Shown in pieces: positions 25,208-31,986 of a stretch of DNA of 32,000 bases. The notes below the pieces were generated by a model, which saw only the letters and a program-made list of their open reading frames with translations, searched no databases and was not told the origin of the DNA. Within the stretch, counting starts at the first letter, position 1; every line of letters begins with the position of its first letter. The stretch is from contig CP064962.1 in NCBI GenBank assembly GCA_016699145.1, positions 1,306,974-1,338,973 of the forward strand, written 5' to 3'. A program made the translations under genes and the position numbers. This DNA is from Candidatus Saccharimonadota bacterium. Lineage in GTDB: Bacteria > Patescibacteriota > Gracilibacteria > UBA1369 > 2-02-FULL-48-14.

Positions 25208-26378
25208 AGAATACAATGTGCTCCACATTGGGCCAGAAACAAGCTCTGCCGCCCAAGACAAAAAAATTCTGACCGTTCTCAAAAAATTGCAGTTTTCCAA
25301 AGTGGGAACTCGGGTCTTAATTGGACTGGCTTTGGTGACAGTTTTTGGATTGGGAACTTCACTGTATGGCACCGTGCAAAGCACCGAAAATCGAGTGGAT
25401 GCGCTGATCGACGAATTGGGTAAACTCAGTGCATCCAATTTTGAATTGAGCGAACAAGTCACTTCTCAAGACGCCGTTCTTCGTTCCATTGAGGAAGATT
25501 TTTCAAACTTGGGAAGCGCCTTAGAAAAAGGAGATAAAGACGAAATTGGAGCCTTATTCACCAGCATTTTAGAAAAGTTTGAAGACACGCCCAATGCCTT
25601 GGACTTGAGCCAAGACGTCCAACTTTCTGAAATCGAAGACGAAACGTTCGACATCCTTTTGTTGGGCACCAATGGAGCTCACACCGACACCATCATGGTG
25701 GCCAGCGTGAACAAAGAAAAAGAAAAAATCAGCCTTTTTTCCGTGCCTCGCGACCTCTATGTGAATGGCCGAAAAATAAATGAATATTACACCTATTATG
25801 GAGTGGAAACTTTGAAGCGCATGCTTGAAACCGTCACCGGCCTTCAAATCGATCAATACGCCCAGGTGGACCTAAAAGGTTTCGTTGAAATTGTGGCTGC
25901 ATTAGGGGGGGTGGACGTCTACGTGACCGAGTCTATTTACGATGGACTTTATCCGAATTCAAAAGGAGGTTACTCGCCCTATTCCATTGAGAAAGGAAAA
26001 CATCATTTAGACGGGAATGAAGCCTTGAAATACGCTCGCAGTCGAGAATCCACCTCGGATTTTGATCGTGCCGAACGGCAACAAGTGATTTTAGCGGCAG
26101 TGCGTGAAAAAATCACTCAACTGGACAGTGTGATGGAACTCAAAGAGCTCACAGAAGTGCTGCAAACTGCCCTCAGTCACAGCACCACCGACCTCGATGT
26201 GCTCGACCTTGTCTCTTATTATTTCGATTACAAAGACTACGATTTGAACACGGGCTTTGTGCTGAACAGCGGGAATTATCTTTATTCCCTGATCAACGAA
26301 GGGGGAGCCTACATTTTGCTGCCTCGCACGGGCAATTATGAAGAAATCCACGGCGTGATTTCTGACCTCGTGAACTAG
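25194..26378 (+). CDS. LytR-CpsA-Psr (LCP) family cell-envelope phosphotransferase
   Basis: N-terminal TM (VLIGLALVTVFGLG) and LCP core FDILLLGTNG..HTDTIMVASVNKEKEKISLFSVPRDLYV...IDQYAQVDLKGFVEIVAALGGVDV...LDGNEALKYARSR. The start overlaps the ATPase 3' end by 14 nt. Confidence 0.85.
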   Translation: MQVPEEYNVLHIGPETSSAAQDKKILTVLKKLQFSKVGTRVLIGLALVTVFGLGTSLYGTVQSTENRVDALIDELGKLSASNFELSEQVTSQDAVLRSIEEDFSNLGSALEKGDKDEIGALFTSILEKFEDTPNALDLSQDVQLSEIEDETFDILLLGTNGAHTDTIMVASVNKEKEKISLFSVPRDLYVNGRKINEYYTYYGVETLKRMLETVTGLQIDQYAQVDLKGFVEIVAALGGVDVYVTESIYDGLYPNSKGGYSPYSIEKGKHHLDGNEALKYARSRESTSDFDRAERQQVILAAVREKITQLDSVMELKELTEVLQTALSHSTTDLDVLDLVSYYFDYKDYDLNTGFVLNSGNYLYSLINEGGAYILLPRTGNYEEIHGVISDLVN

Positions 26379-26442
26379 AGCCTAAGTCAAAAAAGGGGAA
26401 GGTCTTGTTTTTGTCCAAACCCAGCTATAGGATGCTTTCACA

Positions 26443-27051
26443 ATGATTCAAAACACCCCTTTTATTGTTGTCGATTTAGAAACCACGGGCCTCGAGCCCA
26501 ATTTGGATAACATCATTGAAATCGCTGCGGTCAAAGTCTTGAACGGCCAAATCATTGATGAGCAAACTCATTTAGTGAACCCTCACATTTTCATCCCTCA
26601 AGAAACCACAGACATCACAGGCATCACCACCGATATGCTCAAAGAATCTGCACTTTTTGCCGATATTGTGGACGATTATTTAGGCTGGTTTGCGGAAGGA
26701 GGAGTTTTTGTAGCGCACAATGTGGATTTTGATCGAAATTTTTTCAACTCACATTTACGTCGCATGCAAAGGATCGAACTTTCCAATCCTTATTTGTGCA
26801 CGTTTAAGTTGGCAAAAACCGTACATCCCAATTTGCCTCGTTACGGCCTAGGTGTTTTGGCCGAAACCTTTGGCATTCAAATGCCTCAAGCTCACCGAGC
26901 CATTCACGATGCCCGTGCCACCGCCGAACTTCTCATCAAGTTCATGTCCACCCTCCACGCCGGCGGCCTCCGCCAGCTCAAAGACCTGCCTTGCATCCAA
27001 AACCTACCCAAAGTCACCGCCATGCAAGAAGGCCAGGCGAGTTTGTTTTGA
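26443..27051 (+). CDS. DnaQ/epsilon-like DEDDh 3'-5' exonuclease
   Basis: Exo I FIVVDLETTGL, Exo II FVAHNVDFDRNF, Exo III HRAIHDARATAEL. Confidence 0.85.
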   Translation: MIQNTPFIVVDLETTGLEPNLDNIIEIAAVKVLNGQIIDEQTHLVNPHIFIPQETTDITGITTDMLKESALFADIVDDYLGWFAEGGVFVAHNVDFDRNFFNSHLRRMQRIELSNPYLCTFKLAKTVHPNLPRYGLGVLAETFGIQMPQAHRAIHDARATAELLIKFMSTLHAGGLRQLKDLPCIQNLPKVTAMQEGQASLF

Positions 27052-27063
27052 GGAAGAATGTAC

Positions 27064-27702
27064 TTACAATTGTCTGTCCAAAGTCTCCAGAATGGTCAGC
27101 AGTTTTTGAACCCCAGAGACTGAAGGAGCCAATCCAAAAGCTGCAAACACTTTTTTTAAATCAGCATTGCCATAGGCGAGACCTTCTCCAGCAAACTGCA
27201 AATCAATAGGGTTATCATAGATTCCCAATCGTGAGCCTGTCAAAAAAGGAGCATTAGCCTGTGTGTACATACCTCTAAAATAATTCTCGTAGTCCTGTGG
27301 CTCCAGCGAGATCACTTCCAGTAAGTACGCAGGTACAAGTTGAAGGATACCATCAGTATGATCGAAAGATCTGAATTTATTATCAGGATTAATCCTCACA
27401 AACCCTTGTTTCTCATGAATTTCCACAGCTAATTTTTTGCCAGTGGGTGAGGTGATAAAGAGCTTTTTGGCATTTTCATGAAAATCGGTACTTGCATACT
27501 TTGTCTCTAATGTTGTTTTCAATTTCTCCAGTAGGGCCACAACTTTTTGAACTTCAGAGCTGAGTTCAGCTTCAGGGTGAAGTTCCAGGTTATCTGCCAC
27601 AGCATTCCTTACCCCACTATTAATTAAAAAGAGCGTAGGAGTCGCAACAACTTCAGTGGAAGAAGAGGGTGTTTGAGGGTGCATCCGCTGCTTCGTCCGC
27701 AC
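27064..27702 (-). CDS. Hypothetical protein with no recognisable domain
   Basis: A 212-codon ORF (GTG start; an alternative ATG at 27684) with ordinary amino-acid composition. It lies between the exonuclease gene and the IS5-family element. I recognise no motif. Confidence 0.4.
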   Translation of the reverse strand: MRTKQRMHPQTPSSSTEVVATPTLFLINSGVRNAVADNLELHPEAELSSEVQKVVALLEKLKTTLETKYASTDFHENAKKLFITSPTGKKLAVEIHEKQGFVRINPDNKFRSFDHTDGILQLVPAYLLEVISLEPQDYENYFRGMYTQANAPFLTGSRLGIYDNPIDLQFAGEGLAYGNADLKKVFAAFGLAPSVSGVQKLLTILETLDRQL

Positions 27703-27774
27703 ATCCGGCTAGACTTGCAAGTACAAGGATATTCCTAGATAAGCTCATAAGTAGGGTTTCAAAACTAGGAGCTG

Positions 27775-28222
27775 TTAACATAAGACTTTGAGTAAAAGTG
27801 CCACAAGGCAGAGGGAGATAAAGGAGGCATACATCAGGTCTAATTTGTCATAGCGAGTTGAAATTCTTCTGTGATTTTTCATTCGGTGAAATAGGCGTTC
27901 AATCTCGTTGCGGTAGGCATAAATGTTCTTGTTGTATTCCCACGGAAATTTCATTTTGCCTTTGGAGGAACGACTGGAGTTATGCCTTTTTCTTTGCACA
28001 GCTCCAGAACTTTGTAGCATGAATAACCTTTGTCCATAGCCAAATGATCTACTGTTTTTGGAAACGAATAATCTCTCAAAATTTGTTTTCCAACTTTCAC
28101 ATCGCTCACTTCACCACCTGTTAAAACAAAGTGCATCCCATGATCTGGATCTCCAGCAATCATGTGAATTTTTGTAGTGTACCCACCTCTACTTCGGCCT
28201 AACGCTTGTGGCCCCTTTTTTT
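27775..28222 (-). pseudogene. IS5-family transposase OrfB (DDE domain), reached by a -1 frameshift on A7 and carrying an additional frameshift near 27951-27962
   Basis: The -1 frame after the A7 run reads KGPQALGRSRGGYTTKIHMIAGD..., the canonical GRSRGG.TTKIH motif. The second part, ..KFPWEYNKNIYAYRNEIERLFHRMKNHRRISTRYDKL, is in yet another frame. The two fragments (27951-28163 and 27775-28020) join only across ...ccaaaggcaaaatgaaatttccg... Confidence 0.75.
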
Positions 28223-28552
28223 CATGGCTCCCGCTGCACTGTGGTGCGCTCTATTTGTTGTACTGTCCAGGAAAGCTATTCGCACTTGAAGTACATCTGC
28301 TACTTCAAGTGCTCTAAGCATTTGTCCAAAAAGTCCAGATTCGCTCCACCGTTTGTATCTTGTATAAATCGTGTGCCAGTCATTCTCTTTTTCTCTGTAA
28401 TCGTAGGGCATTTGTCTCCATGCGCACCCTGTTTTAAGTACATAACAAATGGCATCCATGCAACGTTTCAGTGGAATCTTTTCAGGCTTTCTGGGCTTTG
28501 GAAAATAAGGCTGGATCAGTTTGAACTGTTCATCCGTTAGCATCTGGTACAT
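28199..28552 (-). CDS. IS5-family transposase OrfA (DUF4096-like HTH part)
   Basis: LTDEQFKLIQPYFPKP...RCMDAICYVLKTGCAWRQMP......W.TIYTRYKRWSESGLF is typical of IS5/IS427-group OrfA. It ends just after an A7 run (minus strand, 28216-28222). Confidence 0.85.
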   Translation of the reverse strand: MYQMLTDEQFKLIQPYFPKPRKPEKIPLKRCMDAICYVLKTGCAWRQMPYDYREKENDWHTIYTRYKRWSESGLFGQMLRALEVADVLQVRIAFLDSTTNRAHHSAAGAMKKRGHKR

Positions 28553-28652
28553 GGCGTTAGGGTTAGAGTAACTTCACTCTACACCACTCCTCTATTTATG
28601 TTAACAGCTCCTAGTATCATTAAAGCATGAATTGAGACAAATGTCAAACTGC

Positions 28653-29588
28653 TGTAATGGTTCAATAGCTTTGCATCACCCCTGTGCAAAGATATGGACA
28701 TGGCATACACACAAAATCCCCATCTGCCTCGGGTGCGAATGGAGGCAGCAAAGTTAGTTCTGGGAAAAGGCTGGAGCACACGCGAAGTGGCCAGACACAC
28801 AGGTTTTAACCAAAGCAGCATTGTGCGGTGGGTGGAAAAGCTCAGAGGCAATAACTATGGCCACACCATTCCCACAGAAAGCTCACGTCCCCATTCGCAC
28901 CCCAGTGAGCTTTCTGCAGAGACAGTGCAGAAAGTCATAGAGTACAGACTCAAGTACCAGCGGTGTGCAGAAGTGATTCACTATTTTCTGGAAAGAGATG
29001 GCTACGAAGTGAGTCTTTCCAGTGTGAAGAGAACACTCAAAAGGAACGAGATGACCAAATACAGCAAGTGGAAGAAGTGGCACCAGTATGAGGAAAGACC
29101 GCGGCCTGAAAAACCAGGCATATTGGTGCAAATAGACACGATTGTGGATGGGCCTTATTATGACAGACTTTATGTATACACTATGCTGGACGTGTGCAGC
29201 AGATGGGCCTCTGCTATGCCGGTGATGAAGATTGGAACCCACGCAAGTTGGGAGTTTATTCAGCACTCACAAGAAGACATGCCCTTTGAACTTAAAATGA
29301 TCCAGACAGACCATGGAAGTGAGTTTTCCAAGTGGCTCACTAAAACGCTTGTAGCTAATGAAATTCAGCACAGGCATTCAAGAGTACGAACACCCACAGA
29401 CAATGCCTATGTGGAGAGATTCAACAGAACCATCCAGGAGGAATGCCTCTCCCGAGTCCCAAAGACTTTAGAGGCTTACAAAAAAGCAATCCCTGACTTC
29501 CTTCACTATTACAATTTTGAACGTCCTCACATGGGTCTTCACATGCTAACTCCTAACGAAGTGATGCAAAGCTATTGATTACAAAACA
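28653..29588 (+). mobile_element. IS481-family insertion sequence, copy 1 (936 bp, intact)
   Basis: Ends are TGTAAT... and ...AAAACA with imperfect IRs sharing a 17-bp core: caatagctttgcatcac on the left and gtgatgcaaagctattg on the right. Flanked by a direct repeat ACTGC (28648-28652 and 29589-29593). A near-identical second copy lies 662 bp downstream. Confidence 0.85.
28694..29578 (+). CDS. IS481-family transposase (HTH plus rve/DDE integrase core)
   Basis: HTH WSTREVARHTGFNQSSIVRWV. DDE triad context LVQIDT, IQTDHGSEF, DNAYVERFNRTIQEE. C-terminal YYNFERPHMGL. Confidence 0.9.
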   Translation: MDMAYTQNPHLPRVRMEAAKLVLGKGWSTREVARHTGFNQSSIVRWVEKLRGNNYGHTIPTESSRPHSHPSELSAETVQKVIEYRLKYQRCAEVIHYFLERDGYEVSLSSVKRTLKRNEMTKYSKWKKWHQYEERPRPEKPGILVQIDTIVDGPYYDRLYVYTMLDVCSRWASAMPVMKIGTHASWEFIQHSQEDMPFELKMIQTDHGSEFSKWLTKTLVANEIQHRHSRVRTPTDNAYVERFNRTIQEECLSRVPKTLEAYKKAIPDFLHYYNFERPHMGLHMLTPNEVMQSY

Positions 29589-29646
29589 ACTGCTCAAATT
29601 GCAGCTCGCTGAACTTCAAGCTATGCTCTAAAACACAGAAAACATT

Positions 29647-29802
29647 ATGACTAAATTGCTTGAAAAAAGACGAAATAAGGCCTTGCCTACAACACTGGTT
29701 TTGCCTGAAAGCTGGTACAAAGCAGCTGGTTTCGCTAAAAGTAAAAAAAAGGCCTTGGAAAAGCATTTGAAGCAAATTAGAAGTGAATGGGATAACCGAT
29801 GA
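29647..29802 (+). CDS. Small ORF (51 aa), possible ribbon-helix-helix-type antitoxin
   Basis: My own translation; the ORF is below the track cutoff. MTKLLEKRRNKALPTTLVLPESWYKAAGFAKSKKKALEKHLKQIRSEWDNR. The TLVLPE strand followed by two helices is reminiscent of RHH antitoxins. The stop overlaps the next ATG (ATGA). A promoter-like TTGCAG-17-TATGCT lies at 29599-29627. Confidence 0.3.
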   Translation: MTKLLEKRRNKALPTTLVLPESWYKAAGFAKSKKKALEKHLKQIRSEWDNR

Positions 29803-29870
29803 ATATTAATACGAATATTTTGATAGCTTTCATAACTGGAGAAGAAACAGTGATTAGTTTTTTAAAGTGA
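29799..29870 (+). pseudogene. Possible truncated PIN-domain (VapC-like) toxin N-terminal remnant (23 codons)
   Basis: MNINTNILIAFITGEETVISFLK* resembles the PIN N-terminus (M..LDTNvLIa.l.G....), with N in place of the first catalytic D and a premature stop. It has an ATGA overlap with the upstream small ORF. Confidence 0.2.
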
Positions 29871-30250
29871 TCTGAGAATTTGCCGAAAATTAAAATTAAC
29901 ATTAAATTAGGACCGATTATTCTCATCCTATGAATTCTCGAGAAAAAGAAAGAAAAAAACTTCTTCCCGAATGGATGCGATTTTTCCTTTGGCTTTTTTT
30001 CATTGCTTTTCTCCTATCGCCATTGATAGCTATTACGACTTTAGTTTTTGAAGACTCCAAACTCACTTTCAATATTTATGGAATTCATTACCACGGATAT
30101 GGGTTACACTGGATCATACTTCCAGTTTTTCTCTTTTTATCATCTGTATCTGTGATGGGATTTGGAATGCTGTGGGGTAAAAAGTGGGGAATTTACCTCG
30201 GACTTTTTCACGGCTTTGTCGGAATTTTCCTCCCGATATTGTCAAGTATT

Positions 30251-31182
30251 TGTAATGGTTCAATAGCTTTGCATCACCCCTGTGCAAAGATATGGACATG
30301 GCATACACACAAAATCCCCATCTGCCTCGGGTGCGAATGGAGGGCAAAGTTAGTTCTGGGAAAAGGCTGGAGCACACGCGAAGTGGCCAGACACACAGGT
30401 TTTAACCAAAGCAGCATTGTGCGGTGGGTGGAAAAGCTCAGAGGCAATAACTATGGCCACACCATTCCCAGAAAGCTCACGTCCCCATTCGCACCCCAGT
30501 GAGCTTTCTGCAGAGACAGTGCAGAAAGTCATAGAGTACAGACTCAAGTACCAGCGGTGTGCAGAAGTGATTCACTATTTTCTGGAAAGAGATGGCTACG
30601 AAGTGAGTCTTTCCAGTGTGAAGAGAACACTCAAAAGGAACGAGATGACCAAATACAGCAAGTGGAAGAAGTGGCACCAGTATGAGGAAAGACCGCGGCC
30701 TGAAAAACCAGGCATATTGGTGCAAATAGACACGATTGTGGATGGGCCTTATTATGACAGACTTTATGTATACACTATGCTGGACGTGTGCAGCAGATGG
30801 GCCTCTGCTATGCCGGTGATGAAGATTGGAACCCACGCAAGTTGGGAGTTTATTCAGCACTCACAAGAAGACATGCCCTTTGAACTTAAAATGATCCAGA
30901 CAGACCATGGAAGTGAGTTTTCCAAGTGGCTCACTAAAACGCTTGTAGCTAATGAAATTCAGCACAGGCATTCAAGAGTACGAACACCCACAGACAATGC
31001 CTATGTGGAGAGATTCAACAGAACCATCCAGGAGGAATGCCTCTCCCGAGTCCCAAAGACTTTAGAGGCTTACAAAAAAGCAATCCCTGACTTCCTTCAC
31101 TATTACAATTTTGAACGTCCTCACATGGGTCTTCACATGCTAACTCCTAACGAAGTGATGCAAAGCTATTGATTACAAAACA
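30251..31182 (+). mobile_element. IS481-family insertion sequence, copy 2 (932 bp, defective)
   Basis: Same ends as copy 1. Flanked by a direct repeat GTATT (30246-30250 and 31183-31187). By eye it differs from copy 1 only by two 2-nt (CA) deletions, located between 30343/30344 and between 30469/30470. Confidence 0.85.
30292..31172 (+). pseudogene. IS481-family transposase, frameshifted twice in the N-terminal HTH region
   Basis: From ATG 30292 the frame ends after about 37 codons (MDMAYTQNPHLPRVRMEGKVSS...RF*). The HTH segment is in a second frame and the DDE core (30417-31172) is in a third. The DDE part is identical in protein sequence to copy 1. Confidence 0.85.
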
Positions 31183-31310
31183 GTATTTGGGCTTCCATGA
31201 TAGGCAATACGCACCTCCCCTCAGAGCTGATTCTTTTTATTCCTTGGACACTTCACCTCTGGAAGATCAGAAAGAAGTGGCTCGAGGATTAAAACTCGTC
31301 TTCAACAAAT

Positions 31311-31385
31311 TGGTTGCGGGGGTTGGATTCGAACCAACGACCTCCGGGTTATGAGCCCGACGAGCTGCCACTGCTCTACCCCGCA
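31311..31385 (-). tRNA. tRNA-Met (CAU), initiator-type, CCA encoded
   Basis: Minus strand reads TGCGGGG TA GAGC AGTGGCA GCTC G TCGGG CTCATAA CCCGG AGGTC GTTGG TTCGAAT CCAAC CCCCGCA A CCA. It is very close to E. coli tRNA-fMet as I recall it. It has three G:C pairs at the base of the anticodon stem, and position 1:72 is U:A. Confidence 0.9.
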
Positions 31386-31457
31386 GGGGGACTATACGGA
31401 AAAAGAGTCCTGCGAGCAAGGGCAAGAGGCCCCTTCGTTAAGGGGATATTTCAGATT

Positions 31458-31534
31458 TGGTGGCTGGAGGCAGATTTGAACTGCCGACCCCGGGCTTATG
31501 AGTCCCGTGCTCTAACCAACTGAGCTACCCAGCC
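31458..31534 (-). tRNA. tRNA with CAU anticodon, either elongator Met or Ile2 (lysidine type), CCA encoded
   Basis: Minus strand reads GGCTGGG TA GCTC AGTTGGTTA GAGC A CGGGA CTCATAA GCCCG GGGTC GGCAG TTCAAAT CTGCC TCCAGCC A CCA. The cloverleaf folds with a G7:U66 wobble and an A31/G39 mismatch. Confidence 0.85.
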
Positions 31535-31572
31535 GCGAGGAGCAGTTTATTCAAAAACCCCTTTTTTGGCAA

Positions 31573-31986
31573 CTAAGATTTATACGGATTCGAACTGAAG
31601 AAAAACTTCCACCATTTTTTAGGGTTGGACCAGCTGGAACGAATCTGTTCCGACAGAGCAGCCGTATCTTCATCTTGAGAAAGCACCACCAAATCCTCAT
31701 CAGGGATCACCACCACCTTTTCACCTGGATTGATAAGATTGAGGTTTTGCTTTGCGATTTTATCGATGTATTCATCTGAAATGTAGTACTGCAAATCATC
31801 CAATTTTTGTTTATTTTCTTCTTGGAGTTCAGCATTTCGCTTTTTAGAGTCGGCAATGTGTTGCTCAATCTGATAATTGTCGTAAATCGAAACCGTGAGA
31901 TTGTAAAGCATGTAAGCCACCACAAAAAAACCAATCACCAAGGTGAGACGCATCATATCGAACGGACTGTCGTAGCTTTGAGCCAT
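31573..31986 (-). CDS. FtsB/DivIC-family septum formation initiator
   Basis: N-terminal TM (LTLVIGFFVVAYMLY), a coiled coil (IEQHIADSKKRNAELQEENKQKLDDLQ) and the family motif SDEYIDKIAKQNLNLINPGEKVVVI. Confidence 0.8.
   Translation of the reverse strand: MAQSYDSPFDMMRLTLVIGFFVVAYMLYNLTVSIYDNYQIEQHIADSKKRNAELQEENKQKLDDLQYYISDEYIDKIAKQNLNLINPGEKVVVIPDEDLVVLSQDEDTAALSEQIRSSWSNPKKWWKFFFSSNPYKS

Larger units (their letters stand above)
27765..28614 (-). mobile_element. IS5-family (IS427/IS1031-like two-ORF type) insertion sequence, about 850 bp
   Basis: Perfect terminal inverted repeats ctaggagctgttaacataa (27765-27783) and ttatgttaacagctcctag (28596-28614). The outer CTAG may be a target duplication rather than part of the IR. 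The transposase stop lies inside the IR. The element encodes DUF4096-type OrfA and DDE OrfB. Confidence 0.85.
29930..31292 (+). pseudogene. Small polytopic membrane-protein gene disrupted by IS481-family copy 2 (5' part 29930-30250, 3' part 31188-31292)
   Basis: Removing the IS and one copy of the GTATT duplication restores an uninterrupted frame: ...GIFLPILSSI|WASMIGNTHLPSELILFIPWTLHLWKIRKKWLED*. This gives about 141 aa with four hydrophobic segments. Confidence 0.7.

Noticed and set aside
28883-29266. A 127-aa ORF antisense to the IS481-family transposase, duplicated at 30477-30860.
   Set aside because: Its duplication simply reflects the IS duplication. It lies wholly within the DDE coding region on the opposite strand and has no recognisable features.
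29572-29775. A 67-aa minus-strand ORF between the IS481-family copies.
   Set aside because: It begins inside the IS copy 1 right end and has a Phe/Cys/Gln-rich composition with no motif. It is antisense to the small RHH-like ORF, which has a promoter-like element and an ATGA-coupled partner. Neither is strongly supported, and this one less so.
27052-31310. A classical integrase-mediated genomic island with attL/attR at the tRNA.
   Set aside because: No tyrosine or serine recombinase gene is present. By eye I could not find a direct repeat of the tRNA-fMet 3' segment at the distal boundary. I report only the weaker claim of an accessory, IS-rich patch.
31169-31523. Two + strand ORFs (31169-31354 and 31314-31523) in the ORF track.
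   Set aside because: They run across the IS end and through the two tRNA genes (GFEPTTSGL and similar peptides are translated tRNA sequence). The tRNA cloverleaves explain this DNA better.
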